Origin: an uncultured Gammaproteobacteria bacterium
Lineage (GTDB): Bacteria > Pseudomonadota > Gammaproteobacteria > UBA4575
Direction of reading: 5' to 3'
DNA length: 46,056 nucleotides
NCBI GenBank assembly: GCA_937922735.1
Contig: CALAJL010000087.1
Span: forward strand, 1 to 46,056
Translations under genes and position numbers: made by a program
Notes under the pieces: generated by a model
What the model was told of the DNA's origin: nothing
What the model saw: the letters and a program-made list of their open reading frames with translations, nothing else
Databases searched by the model: none
In this document: positions 11,106-23,469 of the stretch, piece after piece
How the letters are laid out: each line of letters begins with the position of its first letter
How positions within the stretch are numbered: position 1 is the stretch's first letter

Positions 11106-11576
11106 TTAAATCTGTGCCGCTAAATCATCCAAGATTTCTTGGTGTGAATTAGCATTGATTTCTTTCTTTAAGATACGCTCAGCACCTGCAACTGCGATGG
11201 CAGAAACCTGAGTGCGTAACGTTTCTTTTGCGCGATTCACTTCTTTTTCAACTTCAGCATGGGCAGCTTCTTTAATTCGATTACCCTCATCTATTGCTAC
11301 AGACTTAGCGTCTTCTACCATTTCATTAGCACGTTTTTGCGCTTGGCCCAGGATTTCAGATGCTTGTTGCTTGGCTTCTGATAATTGCTTCTCTGCATTT
11401 TTTTCAGCAATTTCTTGCTGCTGCATGCCGCGCTCTGCCTCCGCTAAACCATCAGCAATTTTCTTTTGGCGTTCATTCAATGCCGCCATAATTGGTGGCC
11501 AAACAAACTTCATGCAGAAGAAAACAAACACAACAAATGCGATTAGCTGCGCAAATAAAGTGAGATTAATGTTCAT
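11106..11576 (-). CDS. atpF: ATP synthase Fo b
   Basis: [29 protein letters not shown]. Confidence 0.97.
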   Translation of the reverse strand: MNINLTLFAQLIAFVVFVFFCMKFVWPPIMAALNERQKKIADGLAEAERGMQQQEIAEKNAEKQLSEAKQQASEILGQAQKRANEMVEDAKSVAIDEGNRIKEAAHAEVEKEVNRAKETLRTQVSAIAVAGAERILKKEINANSHQEILDDLAAQI

Positions 11577-11612
11577 ACGTAAACCTTAAATATACTGTTG
11601 CTTGAAGTATCT

Positions 11613-11870
<258 letters not shown>

Positions 11871-11896
11871 CTATTAAGAATTGCTTAATTTAATGA

Positions 11897-13203
<1,307 letters not shown>

Positions 13204-13277
13204 GACTTTTATCTTTTTTATTAAACGGTTCTAAATCTAACGAGCCAAGTCTGATAACAGCTTTAACAGAGGCCGGA

Positions 13278-13306
13278 AGTATAAAATTTAGACCAAAAAA
13301 TCTCAA
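13278..13306 (-). promoter_or_regulatory. sigma70 promoter of atp operon
   Basis: Minus strand TTGAGA-17 nt-TATACT followed by a GC-rich discriminator. Confidence 0.7.
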
Positions 13307-13349
13307 TAGAAACTACGGTATATAAACGGATAAAAAGAGAAATAAATTA

Positions 13350-14252
13350 TCATTTAGATTGCTTGAGTAATTTATCAATGATTCCCTCAAATTCATCGAG
13401 GTTGGTATATCTAATTTGAAGCCGCCCACTGCCATTTTGACTATGCTGAATGGATACTCTTGCACCTAGCTCATCCGCTAGCTTATGTTCCATACGCGAG
13501 ATATCTGGATCCTGAGATGCTTTTGCAACGACAGCCTTTTTATTAGCGCCTTCCTGAATTTGCTTTACTAACGCCTCTGCACCACGGACGGATAACTGAC
13601 GCTGAATAATATTTTGTGCGCATTTAATTTGTTGTGGTTCCGTCAGCGCTAACAAAGGGCGCGCATGTCCCATTTCTAGCTGACCTTGATTAAGCAAGTC
13701 TTTGACGGGCTGCGCTAATGCTAATAATCGCAAGCTATTGCTTACCGCAGCTCGAGAACGACTGACCACCTCACCTATCTCTTGGTGAGTTAGACCAAAT
13801 TTTTCAATCAAATTAGCAAATGCTTGCGCTTCTTCTAACGGGTTTAAATCTTCACGTTGAAGATTTTCAATGATGGCAATCGCAGCAGCTTCTTGGTCAT
13901 TTACATCTTTAATCACGGCAGGAATATTTTGTAACCCTGCTTGCTGGGAAGCACGCCAACGGCGTTCACCCGCTATCAACTCATATTCCTCACCAGATTT
14001 TCGAACTACAATAGGTTGAACTACACCTTGTTGCCGAATAGAGCTTGCCAATGCTTCTAAAGCCTCAGGCTCCATGATTTGTCGAGGTTGATATGGGCTT
14101 TGGTGGATTAGATCGATAGGAATACTTTGCAGTGACTTATCCCCGCCTACTGTATTATTCGCATCACTCTTGCTGATGGCATTTTCTGTTTTCGCTGCAC
14201 TAAGTAGTACATCTACTCCTAAAGATCCTAAACCGCGTTTTTTCTTTAACAT
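13350..14252 (-). CDS. parB: Chromosome partitioning protein ParB
   Basis: KKRGLG N-terminus, PYQPR, IAGERRWRA, IENLQREDLNPLEEA, HTH. Confidence 0.96.
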   Translation of the reverse strand: MLKKKRGLGSLGVDVLLSAAKTENAISKSDANNTVGGDKSLQSIPIDLIHQSPYQPRQIMEPEALEALASSIRQQGVVQPIVVRKSGEEYELIAGERRWRASQQAGLQNIPAVIKDVNDQEAAAIAIIENLQREDLNPLEEAQAFANLIEKFGLTHQEIGEVVSRSRAAVSNSLRLLALAQPVKDLLNQGQLEMGHARPLLALTEPQQIKCAQNIIQRQLSVRGAEALVKQIQEGANKKAVVAKASQDPDISRMEHKLADELGARVSIQHSQNGSGRLQIRYTNLDEFEGIIDKLLKQSK

Positions 14253-14283
14253 AGTATTTACGTAATAACTTATTAGTAAAAGT

Positions 14284-15075
14284 TTAGCTTGCTAAGGCAG
14301 ATGGTAAATTTCCTTCTGCGCGTCGCAACATCTCACCTGCTAGTGCCAAGTATGCCAATGCACCACGTGATCGCTTATCGTAAAGCAATACCGGCAGGCC
14401 ATGGCTGGGCGCCTCAGCAAGAGTGACATTACGAGGAATAATCGTTCGGTATACGCTGTCACCAAAATGCGAAGTAAGCTGTGCAGAAACATCATTTGCC
14501 AAGTTATTTCGCGGATCAAACATGGTGCGCAACAAGCCTTCTATTTTTAATTCTGGATTGGCCGACATACGAATTCGTTCAATGGTTTGTGTGAGGGCAG
14601 ATAGACCCTCCAAAGCATAATACTCGCATTGTGTAGGAATAATTACGCTATTTGCCGCAACCAAACCATTTAGCGTCAACATATTTAATGAAGGCGGACA
14701 GTCGATAAATATGTAGTCATAATCGTCCACGACCTCTTGCAAAGCTTTACGTAACTTAAATTCTCTACCCCTAGCATCGAGTAATTGAACTTCCGCGATA
14801 GTCAGCTGCTCATTGCCTGGCAATATGTCATAACCACCCTTGCTTTCGCGTAAAATACATTCGCTTATAGTGGCCTCATCTAACATCGCATCCGCAGCAG
14901 TTCTTTCAATCGTGCGCTTATCTACACCAGAGCCCATCGTGGCATTACCTTGTGGATCCAGATCAATCAACAACACACGACGATTGGTTGCTGACATGGA
15001 TGCTGCCAAATTAACCGTAGTGGTGGTCTTGCCTACACCGCCCTTCTGATTAGTGACTGAGATGATTTTTGTCAT
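14284..15075 (-). CDS. parA: Chromosome partitioning ATPase ParA/Soj
   Basis: Start reset to MTKIISVTNQKGGVGKTT; DLDPQGNAT, IDCPPSL, LAEAPSHG. Confidence 0.96.
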   Translation of the reverse strand: MTKIISVTNQKGGVGKTTTTVNLAASMSATNRRVLLIDLDPQGNATMGSGVDKRTIERTAADAMLDEATISECILRESKGGYDILPGNEQLTIAEVQLLDARGREFKLRKALQEVVDDYDYIFIDCPPSLNMLTLNGLVAANSVIIPTQCEYYALEGLSALTQTIERIRMSANPELKIEGLLRTMFDPRNNLANDVSAQLTSHFGDSVYRTIIPRNVTLAEAPSHGLPVLLYDKRSRGALAYLALAGEMLRRAEGNLPSALAS

Positions 15076-15088
15076 GTTGTAATGTTCT

Positions 15089-15733
15089 TTATAAGCCTTT
15101 CTTTTCAACAACAACGATATGTCGTTGTGCCTCTAAATAAGGAATATCGATACTATGGATATTCACGACATTATAGCTATTTGGCAACGCTTCGAGTTGG
15201 TTTTGTTTGCCCATCATAAAAATTATTCGCCCTTTTTCACTCAGACAGCTGAGCAAGTCCTTACAGCTAGCAAAAAGATTGTCACTGTTCGCAAAAGCCC
15301 TACTTATTAAGGTGTTAATTACCGGTTTGGTGTTATCTACCTGTTGAAAATCTTCTACACGCGAATGTATAACTTGAATGTTTTTTAATCGAAGATCGAT
15401 CGCAACTTGCTGCATAAAGCGCGCTTTCTTAACATTACTATCAAGCAGAAATAACGTTTTATCTGGCTGCAGAATAGCCAATGGAATCCCAGGCAATCCA
15501 GCCCCACTCCCTACATCAATAATGTTTTTACCTTTAAGGTAAGTGGAAACAGACAAACTATCGAGTATGTGTTTGATAATAATTTCGTTGGTGGCTTCAA
15601 TGGCCGTAAGGTTGTAGGTCCTATTCCATTTCTGCAACAACTCCACATAGCGCAACAATAAACTAAGCTGTTCATCATTCACTACTAGATTTAATTGCTG
15701 TACACCACTATCGAGTAGTTGAGATGATTTCAT
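15089..15733 (-). CDS. rsmG: 16S rRNA m7G527 methyltransferase
   Basis: KWNRTYNLTAI, HILDSL, DVGSGAGLPGIPLA, SRAF. Confidence 0.95.
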   Translation of the reverse strand: MKSSQLLDSGVQQLNLVVNDEQLSLLLRYVELLQKWNRTYNLTAIEATNEIIIKHILDSLSVSTYLKGKNIIDVGSGAGLPGIPLAILQPDKTLFLLDSNVKKARFMQQVAIDLRLKNIQVIHSRVEDFQQVDNTKPVINTLISRAFANSDNLFASCKDLLSCLSEKGRIIFMMGKQNQLEALPNSYNVVNIHSIDIPYLEAQRHIVVVEKKGL

Positions 15734-15833
15734 AAACTTAATAGCGGTTACTGATTATTAAATTAGTAATTTAAAAGGCCTAAAACATTTATCAAGAATT
15801 TATCTTGTAGATATTTCTCTAAATGACTTATTT

Positions 15834-17726
15834 TTATGACGCGATTTTCTGAACAGGTTTAGATTTTAAGTGCACCAGTAATAAAGAAATAGTTGATGGC
15901 GTAATACCCGAGATTCTTGCGGCTTGTCCAATTGTATGTGGCTTGATCTCCATAAGCTTCTGCTTCGCTTCATTTGATAAGCCATTAATGGCAGCGTAAT
16001 TCATATCGGGTGATAACTTTACTTCTTCTTGGTGTGAGAGTTTTTCCACTTCAAGATTTTGGCGCTCTATATACCCAGCATATTTGGCTTGTATTTCAAG
16101 TTGTTCTTTCACTGTTGAAGGAATACTACTGAAATCTTGTTTGCTGAGTTGTTGTAATTTTTCAAAATCAACTTCGGGCCTACGTAATAGCTCGTACATG
16201 CTGTATTCATGCTTGAGTTTCTTACCTAAGATTTTTTCTTCAACCTCAGCACCCATTTCACCTGGCTGTACAAAACAGCTTTTCAGGCGTTGTTGTTGTG
16301 TTTCAAGTGCTTCACGTTTTTCACTAAAGGCTTGCCATTGTTTTGCCGGTAAACAACCCAGCTCATTCGCCATTTCACTTAAACGTAAATCAGCGTTGTC
16401 TTGGCGTAGCAATAAACGAAACTCTGCACGACTCGTGAACATGCGATAAGGTTCAATGGTTCCACTCGTAACTAAATCATCAATCATTACCCCTATATAA
16501 GCTTGATCACGACGTGGCACCCATGCATCTTGCTCTTGAGTACGTCGCACGGCATTGATGCCTGCTACTAAACCTTGAGCTGCGGCTTCTTCATAGCCGG
16601 TTGTACCATTAATTTGTCCGGCAAAAAATAGTCCTTGAATTGCTTTGGTTTCTAAACTTGGCTGCAGATCTCTAGGATCAAAATAATCATATTCGATCGC
16701 ATAACCAGGTCTTGTTATGTGTGCATTCTCAAACCCTTTAACCGAGCGAACAAATTTTTGTTGTGTTTCAAACGGTAAGCTAGTTGAAATCCCATTAGGA
16801 TACACTTCATGAGTCTGCAAACCTTCTGGTTCAATAAAAATTTGATGCTGGTTGCGTTCTGCAAAACGCGTAACTTTGTCTTCAATTGAAGGACAGTAAC
16901 GTGGTCCAGTACTGTCGATGTTGCCGTTGTACATTGGTGATAAACGTAAGTCTTGCTGAATAATCTCGTGCGTCGTTTCATTTGTGTAGGTAATAAAACA
17001 ACTTACTTGCTGAGGATGAAGCTCACGTGATCCCATAAAGGAAAACACAGGGGTTGGTGTGTCTCCGGGTTGTTCTTCTAGTTGTGAGTAATCAATGCTG
17101 CGGCCATCTATTCGTGGAGGTGTACCGGTTTTTAATCTTCCCACTCGTAACGATAGCTCGCGTAAACGCTTTGCCAGCGTGATGGCTGGAGGATCACCCG
17201 CACGACCTGCAGAATAATTATCATTGCCGATATGAATCTTTCCGCCCAAGAATGTGCCGGTAGTTAATACCACCGATTGAGCTGAAAATGTCAGCCCACT
17301 TTGAGTTACTACACCGCAAATGCAATCATTTTCGATTAATAAGTCATCAACTGCTTGTTGAAATATTTGTAAATTAACTTGGTTTTCAACTTGTTGGCGA
17401 ATAGCAGCTTTATACAAAACCCGATCGGATTGTGCGCGAGTAGCTCTCACCGCTGGGCCTTTACGAGAATTAAGAACTCGAAACTGGATGCCTCCCTGGT
17501 CTGCAGCTAATGCCATAACTCCACCCATAGCATCTATTTCTTTTACTAAGTGACTTTTACCAATTCCGCCAATCGCCGGGTTACAACTCATTTGACCAAT
17601 CGTTTCGATGTTATGTGTAATCAATAAAGTTTGTGCGCCCATGCGCGCGGCAGCTAAAGCCGCTTCTGTGCCTGCATGTCCGCCACCGATTACGATGACA
17701 TCATATTGTTGATCTTTGCTTGTCAT
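15834..17726 (-). CDS. mnmG: tRNA uridine-5-carboxymethylaminomethyl enzyme MnmG (GidA)
   Basis: [49 protein letters not shown]. Confidence 0.98.
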   Translation of the reverse strand: MTSKDQQYDVIVIGGGHAGTEAALAAARMGAQTLLITHNIETIGQMSCNPAIGGIGKSHLVKEIDAMGGVMALAADQGGIQFRVLNSRKGPAVRATRAQSDRVLYKAAIRQQVENQVNLQIFQQAVDDLLIENDCICGVVTQSGLTFSAQSVVLTTGTFLGGKIHIGNDNYSAGRAGDPPAITLAKRLRELSLRVGRLKTGTPPRIDGRSIDYSQLEEQPGDTPTPVFSFMGSRELHPQQVSCFITYTNETTHEIIQQDLRLSPMYNGNIDSTGPRYCPSIEDKVTRFAERNQHQIFIEPEGLQTHEVYPNGISTSLPFETQQKFVRSVKGFENAHITRPGYAIEYDYFDPRDLQPSLETKAIQGLFFAGQINGTTGYEEAAAQGLVAGINAVRRTQEQDAWVPRRDQAYIGVMIDDLVTSGTIEPYRMFTSRAEFRLLLRQDNADLRLSEMANELGCLPAKQWQAFSEKREALETQQQRLKSCFVQPGEMGAEVEEKILGKKLKHEYSMYELLRRPEVDFEKLQQLSKQDFSSIPSTVKEQLEIQAKYAGYIERQNLEVEKLSHQEEVKLSPDMNYAAINGLSNEAKQKLMEIKPHTIGQAARISGITPSTISLLLVHLKSKPVQKIAS

Positions 17727-17801
17727 GGTTATTTATTGTACTGAAGCCGAGGGTAATAAACGAGAGTCTTTATCTATGTAGACTTCGAGTAATTTGCAGC
17801 A

Positions 17802-19163
17802 TTATTTGCCTATGCAGAATTCGCTGAATATCTTGCCTAGTAAATCATCTGGCGTGAACGCTCCGGTTATTACCCCCAAATTTTGTTGGGCAATACGTAA
17901 GTCTTCCGCGGCTAATTCAAGTTCATTTGCGCTACTTAAACGCTGTTGAGCCGACCGTAAATGTTGTTGTGCATTTTGTAGTGCGATCACATGCCTGTTT
18001 CTTGCCAGAAATGGTGTGTCTCCATTCTCACTTAAAACATTCTCACCTAATAAGCGCAAAGCAAGTTGTGCAATGAGTTCATCGATGCCCGTGTGGTTTT
18101 TTGCCGATATATATATGTTTTCATTATCATTAAGACTACTAGCTTCCTGCAAATCAATTTTGTTATGTACAGTGATTACTTTATTAACATCGATTTCTTT
18201 TGGTATGGCTTGAGAATCATCACTACTTACATCTGTAAGCCATAATATTAGATCTGCTTGTGCTAAGGCTTGTTGCGCGCGCTCAATCCCTTTAGCTTCG
18301 ACGATATCTTTTGTTTCTCGCAAACCAGCTGTATCAATCAAGCGTACTGCGACACCCTGAATTTCTATATCTGCACTAAGAGGGTCGCGCGTTGTACCAG
18401 GAATCTCCGTAACGATTGCTACATCACTTTGAGCCAAAACATTTAATAAACTTGATTTACCTGCATTGGGTTTGCCTGCAATGGCGATGGTTGCGCCTGT
18501 TTGTAAGCGTTCGCCAAGTTTAGCTTGCTGAAGTAGTTCATCTAAAAAGTCTTCTAATAACGTTAATTGCTTACAGAGTTGAGTCGTTTGTTGACGATCA
18601 ATTTCTTCATCAGGAAAATCTAAATGTGCTTCTATGTGCATGCGCATTTGAACTAGCTGAGTAAGCACACTATTTACTCGTTCTGAAAAAGCACCTTGTA
18701 ATGAGCGTGTCGCAGTCCGTGCGGCTTGTTCGGTTGTACTGTTAATTAAATCTGCTATCGCTTCAGCTTGTGCTAAATCGATTTTATTGTTTAAAAATGC
18801 TCGTAAACTGAATTCACCAGGAGTGGCTAAACGGGCTCCCAAACAACAAAGTGTTTTCAATAGTAATTCTGCTACCAGTGGATTACCGTGACAATGGAAC
18901 TCAATAACATCTTCACCAGTAAACGAAGAAGGTGTTTGGAAATAAGTTGCAAGTCCCTGATCTATTATTCCATCATTAGCATCATAAAACGCAGTGTAGT
19001 GTGCACGGCGAGGTAATAGAGACTCATGTGTAATGTTTTTGGCGATGGCATATGCATTTTTACCAGACAATCGCACAATTGCCAGCGCACCTTTACCAGG
19101 AGGAGTGGCTAATGCACAGATCGGTTCTTTTTGAACGATCGTTGGTGGAATGAATTTGGGCAA
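17802..19163 (-). CDS. mnmE: tRNA modification GTPase MnmE (TrmE)
   Basis: SFTGEDVIEFHCHG, GKPNAGKSS, GTTRD, DTAGLR, C-terminal FCIGK; start uncertain. Confidence 0.97.
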   Translation of the reverse strand: MPKFIPPTIVQKEPICALATPPGKGALAIVRLSGKNAYAIAKNITHESLLPRRAHYTAFYDANDGIIDQGLATYFQTPSSFTGEDVIEFHCHGNPLVAELLLKTLCCLGARLATPGEFSLRAFLNNKIDLAQAEAIADLINSTTEQAARTATRSLQGAFSERVNSVLTQLVQMRMHIEAHLDFPDEEIDRQQTTQLCKQLTLLEDFLDELLQQAKLGERLQTGATIAIAGKPNAGKSSLLNVLAQSDVAIVTEIPGTTRDPLSADIEIQGVAVRLIDTAGLRETKDIVEAKGIERAQQALAQADLILWLTDVSSDDSQAIPKEIDVNKVITVHNKIDLQEASSLNDNENIYISAKNHTGIDELIAQLALRLLGENVLSENGDTPFLARNRHVIALQNAQQHLRSAQQRLSSANELELAAEDLRIAQQNLGVITGAFTPDDLLGKIFSEFCIGK

Positions 19164-19206
19164 AGCTCGCCCTTCTAGTAGTTAACGATTTTCAGTAAAG
19201 ATGTTT

Positions 19207-20904
19207 TTAAAACGCTTCTTTTTCTATGCGTTTAGTAATTACGTACTGTTGAATAATTGAAAGAATATTATTCACTAACCAATACAACACCAAACCAGCT
19301 GGGAAAAATGCCATAAAGATTGTCATCATCACAGGCATCAAAGCAAATATTTTTGCCTGCATGGGATCTGGTGGTGCAGGGTTTAACTTGAATTGTACAT
19401 ACATGCTTATGCCCATTAAAAATGGCAATACGAATATCGGATCACGTAAAGATAGATCTTCAATCCAAAGCATAAATGGCGCTTGTCTTAATTCCACACT
19501 TTCTATTAATACCCAGTACAAGGCTAAAAATACTGGCATCTGAATTAGAATCGGCAAACAGCCTTTGGCCGGATTCACCTTCTCTTTTCGATATAACTCC
19601 CATGTGGCTTGACCAAGTTTTTGTTTGTCATCGGCGTATCGTTCTTGTAGCGCTTTTACTCTGGGTTGTAACTTACGCATACGGGCCATCGACTTATAAC
19701 TGGTTTCAGATAATTTATAAAAAATTATTTTTACAACCAGCGTTACCAAGATAATAGCTAAACCCCAGTTACCAACTAGATTATGAAACCACTGCAACAA
19801 CCAGAATAACGGTTTGGAAAGAATGGAAAACATCCCATAGTCAACGCTTAAATCTAAGCCATTTGCAATTTCTTTCATGTCAGCTTGGATTTTTGGTCCA
19901 GCGTATAAACGACGATTAAATTCCGCAGTAGCGTTCGGCGCAACCGTTTTAGCATTCGACAACATACCTATTAACATCTGTTGGCTGCCTGCCGTCTTTA
20001 CCGTTTTACTGTAAAAGCGATTCTCTTCCTCAGCATCCGGGATCCATGCGGAAACAAAATAATGTTGCAACACCGCAACCCAGCCGCCGGTAACCTGCAT
20101 GTTTATGGGCTCATCTTCTATGTCATCAAACGCATGCTTATGATATGCGCCATCAAAATATGCAGTACCTGTATAGGTTGGTAAACGTAACCAACTGCGG
20201 TTCTCGGGAACGGGACTATGTCGAAGTTGTTGGTACTGACGGCCCACCCAGTTCGTATCACTGTTATTGATTACACGATGCTTTATATCAAACACAAAGG
20301 ACTCGCGATAAAAAGTGAATATCTTTTCAACTACAACACCATTTTTACCCTGCCAAACTAGTTTTACCACTAGCTCATCATTACCCTCTTCAAGAATATA
20401 TTCGTTTTGCTCAGCACGATAAATTTCATGATGTGTCGGGGCTGCACCGGTTTTCGCTTGACCATTAATTTTGTCATGACGTAAACCTGATTGAGCAATA
20501 TACGTTCGATGTTCATTAAACATTAAACGGAATGCTTCATCTTTATTCTCTAAAGATACGGGATAAGTAGGTAAGTCAACTTGTTTAATATCACCACCGC
20601 GCGTATCAATGATTATATCTAAAACATCAGTGCGGACATGCACCTTTTGACTCTTATTCTGATTCGTAACTTCGTTGTTTACATTCGATACAGTATTATC
20701 ATTATCAGATTGTTGTGCATCTAACGCATCTGGTAAGTCGTCTAAATTATCATAATTGTCTTCGCTTAATGAGCCATTGCTTTGCTGCTGTGTAGAGTCT
20801 TGTTGTGCAACAGGTGCTGGCGCATTTTCCTGCTGCCAAGTAAGCCACACCATATATAGCAAAAATGCTAAACCTATGTATAAAAAGAATCGTTGGTTTT
20901 CCAT
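19207..20904 (-). CDS. yidC: Membrane protein insertase YidC
   Basis: Periplasmic domain, VDYG, GNWGLAII, GCLPILIQMPVF, GLVLYWLVNN. Confidence 0.97.
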   Translation of the reverse strand: MENQRFFLYIGLAFLLYMVWLTWQQENAPAPVAQQDSTQQQSNGSLSEDNYDNLDDLPDALDAQQSDNDNTVSNVNNEVTNQNKSQKVHVRTDVLDIIIDTRGGDIKQVDLPTYPVSLENKDEAFRLMFNEHRTYIAQSGLRHDKINGQAKTGAAPTHHEIYRAEQNEYILEEGNDELVVKLVWQGKNGVVVEKIFTFYRESFVFDIKHRVINNSDTNWVGRQYQQLRHSPVPENRSWLRLPTYTGTAYFDGAYHKHAFDDIEDEPINMQVTGGWVAVLQHYFVSAWIPDAEEENRFYSKTVKTAGSQQMLIGMLSNAKTVAPNATAEFNRRLYAGPKIQADMKEIANGLDLSVDYGMFSILSKPLFWLLQWFHNLVGNWGLAIILVTLVVKIIFYKLSETSYKSMARMRKLQPRVKALQERYADDKQKLGQATWELYRKEKVNPAKGCLPILIQMPVFLALYWVLIESVELRQAPFMLWIEDLSLRDPIFVLPFLMGISMYVQFKLNPAPPDPMQAKIFALMPVMMTIFMAFFPAGLVLYWLVNNILSIIQQYVITKRIEKEAF

Positions 20905-20912
20905 ACTTTATT

Positions 20913-21152
20913 TTATTTGTTCGTGTGGTTTTCAGGCACAGGATCAATTCCGCCAGCGTGCCATGGATGACAAGATGCAAGACGCTTTATGGTAAGCCAA
21001 ATGCCAAAGTAAGGCCCATGAACTTGGATAGCTTGCAATGCGTATTGTGAACATGTTGGGTGAAATCTACATCGCTGTCCTAGCCACGGACTGAGCACTA
21101 AGCGATATGCCTTAATCAAGAGAATTAGAATTTTACTGATTACTGCTCGCAT
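20913..21152 (-). CDS. yidD: Membrane protein insertion efficiency factor YidD
   Basis: CRFHPTCSQYA, CHPWHAGGIDPVP. Confidence 0.95.
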   Translation of the reverse strand: MRAVISKILILLIKAYRLVLSPWLGQRCRFHPTCSQYALQAIQVHGPYFGIWLTIKRLASCHPWHAGGIDPVPENHTNK

Positions 21153-21158
21153 GATTAT

Positions 21159-21503
21159 TTAATATTGATTCCAAAGCGTATCCATTTGCATTCTAAGATT
21201 TTCACGCTTAATGATTTTTATTGGGCGCTTTAAAATTACAATGAAGTCTTTTGCAGGCAGTGATGATTTATTCAAACGAAAGCTCTCTCGAATAATTCTT
21301 TTTATTATATTTCGATCAACGGAGCGTTTAGCTCTGCGTTTAGCGACAACTATACCTAAACGTGGCTGGTCTTGAGTATTTTCTCTAGACAGTATGGTAA
21401 AAAATTCACTGCTTGTCTTCGTTGCTTGATCGAAGACTCTGCTAAATTGATTTTCGTTTAACAGTCGGTCTCGTGGCGAAAACGAAAAATCTTCAACCTG
21501 CAA
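21159..21503 (-). CDS. rnpA: Ribonuclease P protein component
   Basis: PRLGIVVAKR..SVDRNIIKRIIRESFR; position after rpmH. Confidence 0.93.
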   Translation of the reverse strand: MQVEDFSFSPRDRLLNENQFSRVFDQATKTSSEFFTILSRENTQDQPRLGIVVAKRRAKRSVDRNIIKRIIRESFRLNKSSLPAKDFIVILKRPIKIIKRENLRMQMDTLWNQY

Positions 21504-21647
21504 TTATGAATGTGCTACTGACAAACGTGCGCGTCCTCGTGCACGACGTGCATTAATAACTGCGCGTCCACCTTTCGTCTTCATTCTTGCTCTAAATCCG
21601 TGTGTGCGTGCGCGTTTTAAATTGCTAGGTTGATATGTACGTTTCAT
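21504..21647 (-). CDS. rpmH: 50S ribosomal protein L34
   Basis: Below the ORF-track cutoff; translated by hand as [47 protein letters not shown]. Confidence 0.97.
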   Translation of the reverse strand: MKRTYQPSNLKRARTHGFRARMKTKGGRAVINARRARGRARLSVAHS

Positions 21648-21746
21648 AATATTTCAACTTTAATAATTTCTTAACTTTATATTTATTAGGCTTAATTTAT
21701 ACTAAATTATTTATGGGCTTAGGATAATAATCTAATAAGGTGCGCA

Positions 21747-21775
21747 AAAATAGTCGCGCTACTTACATTTGTCAA
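21747..21775 (-). promoter_or_regulatory. sigma70 promoter of rpmH operon
   Basis: Minus strand TTGACA-17 nt-TATTTT followed by GC-rich TGCGCACC discriminator. Confidence 0.65.
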
Positions 21776-21797
21776 CGATTATTGTCTGACATTAAAC

Positions 21798-21806
21798 AGT
21801 GGATAA
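21798..21806 (-). promoter_or_regulatory. DnaA box upstream of dnaA (autoregulation)
   Basis: AGTGGATAA = TTATCCACT on minus strand, 1 mismatch to TTATCCACA. Confidence 0.55.
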
Positions 21807-21882
21807 CAATCCTATTACTGGATAGACTGATCTACCCCCATAACAAAAACATAACCATTATAAGCATACTGGAGTTAGATGC

Positions 21883-23235
21883 GTGACTAGTATTCTCTGG
21901 AAATCATGTATTCATAAACTTGAATCCGAATTAACCGAACAACAGCTCAATACCTGGATCAGACCGCTTCATGCGATTGAAGAAAATGGCGGTCTTACCC
22001 TGCTTGCGCCGAACCGTTTTGTACTAGATTGGGTGCACGACCATTTTCTGCCCCGAATTGATGAATTAGCGGGTACCCGAAATAGTGCCTCGACCCGTCC
22101 AGTATCGTTAGAAATTGGCAGCAGTGAACGTGTTGCACAAGGGTCTATAGAAATTTCTGAAACCGCAGAAAAAAACCAAGTTGTTAGCGCAACATCGGCG
22201 AAGATAAAAAATTTCAATCATAACTTAAATCCAAATTTCACTTTCGACACCTTTGTTGAAGGTAAGTCGAATCAACTACCTAAAGCTGCTGCGTTACAAG
22301 TCGCTGGCCATCCAGGCACCGCCTATAACCCGTTATTAATCTACGGTGGGGTCGGTTTAGGTAAAACGCACTTATTGCACGCGGTTGGCAATCAAATGCT
22401 AGTGCAAAATCCATCTGCGAAAATTCTGTATTTACACTCTGAGCGTTTTGTATCAGATATGGTCAAGGCTTTGCAGCACAATGCTATTAGCGAATTTAAG
22501 CGCTTTTATCGCACTGTAGACGCCCTCCTGATTGATGATATTCAATTTTTTGCCGGTAAAGAACGTTCACAAGAAGAATTTTTTCACACGTTTAACTCTT
22601 TACTTGAGATCCAAAGTCAGGTGATTTTAACCTGTGACCGTTACCCTAAAGAGGTTGAAGGCCTAGAGGAAAGATTAAAGTCTCGTTTTGGATGGGGCTT
22701 AACGCAAGCAATAGAACCCCCAGAGTTAGAAACTCGTGTCGCGATAATGCAAAGTAAAGCTGAACAACTAAACATCGAGCTACCTAGTGAAGTAGCATTT
22801 TTTATTGGCAAACGCATCCGATCAAATATACGAGAACTCGAAGGTGCTCTTCGTAGGGTAATTGCTAATGCTCAATTTACAGGCTCTGCGATTACGCTTG
22901 ATTTTGCCAAAGAGGCCTTACATGATCTATTAGCGTTGCAAGACAAGTTGGTAACGATTGATAACATCCAGAAAACGGTTGCTGAATACTTTAAAATTCG
23001 CGTTTCTGATTTATTATCTGCGAGACGTAGCCGCTCTATTACACGGCCTAGACAGATCGCAATGTCGCTTGCTAAGGAATTAACAAATCACAGTTTGCCA
23101 GAAATTGGTGATGCCTTTGGTGGGCGTGATCACACCACTGTTTTACATGCGTGTCGAAAAGTAATTAGTTTACGTGAAACCGACACACGCATTAATGATG
23201 ACTACATAAATTTACTAAGAAGCCTTAGTAGCTAA
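21883..23235 (+). CDS. dnaA: Chromosomal replication initiator DnaA
   Basis: [42 protein letters not shown]. Confidence 0.99.
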   Translation: MTSILWKSCIHKLESELTEQQLNTWIRPLHAIEENGGLTLLAPNRFVLDWVHDHFLPRIDELAGTRNSASTRPVSLEIGSSERVAQGSIEISETAEKNQVVSATSAKIKNFNHNLNPNFTFDTFVEGKSNQLPKAAALQVAGHPGTAYNPLLIYGGVGLGKTHLLHAVGNQMLVQNPSAKILYLHSERFVSDMVKALQHNAISEFKRFYRTVDALLIDDIQFFAGKERSQEEFFHTFNSLLEIQSQVILTCDRYPKEVEGLEERLKSRFGWGLTQAIEPPELETRVAIMQSKAEQLNIELPSEVAFFIGKRIRSNIRELEGALRRVIANAQFTGSAITLDFAKEALHDLLALQDKLVTIDNIQKTVAEYFKIRVSDLLSARRSRSITRPRQIAMSLAKELTNHSLPEIGDAFGGRDHTTVLHACRKVISLRETDTRINDDYINLLRSLSS

Positions 23236-23469
23236 GTCTAAATTTGGTCAAACGAAGACTAGATATGTTGATTAGCTGTGCATAAATGGTGATATAGTTT
23301 GCACAGAATTCTTATCTAATACTTATACCTGTCGCGTCCAGTGTTAAAGCGCCTATACCGAACTGTTTTTACCCAATCATTATCTAAGTAAGATATTGAA
23401 TTAAATGATAAAATTAACAATATCCACACAAAAGTGGCTACTCTATAACTATAACTAAATATATATAAT
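23236..23469. other. Putative replication origin oriC (dnaA-dnaN spacer)
   Basis: DnaA boxes TGTGCATAA(23277-85), GTTTGCACA(23297-305), ATATCCACA(23420-28); IHF-like TAAGATATTGAAT(23389-401); trio-like/AT-rich tract GGCTACTCTATAACTATAACTAAATATATATA before dnaN. Confidence 0.7.

Noticed and set aside
17727-17801. E. coli-type oriC upstream of mnmG
   Set aside because: The spacer is only 75 bp with no DnaA boxes or GATC cluster.
23166-23181. parS-like TAGTTTACGTGAAACC in dnaA
   Set aside because: Only the right half matches and the palindrome is broken.
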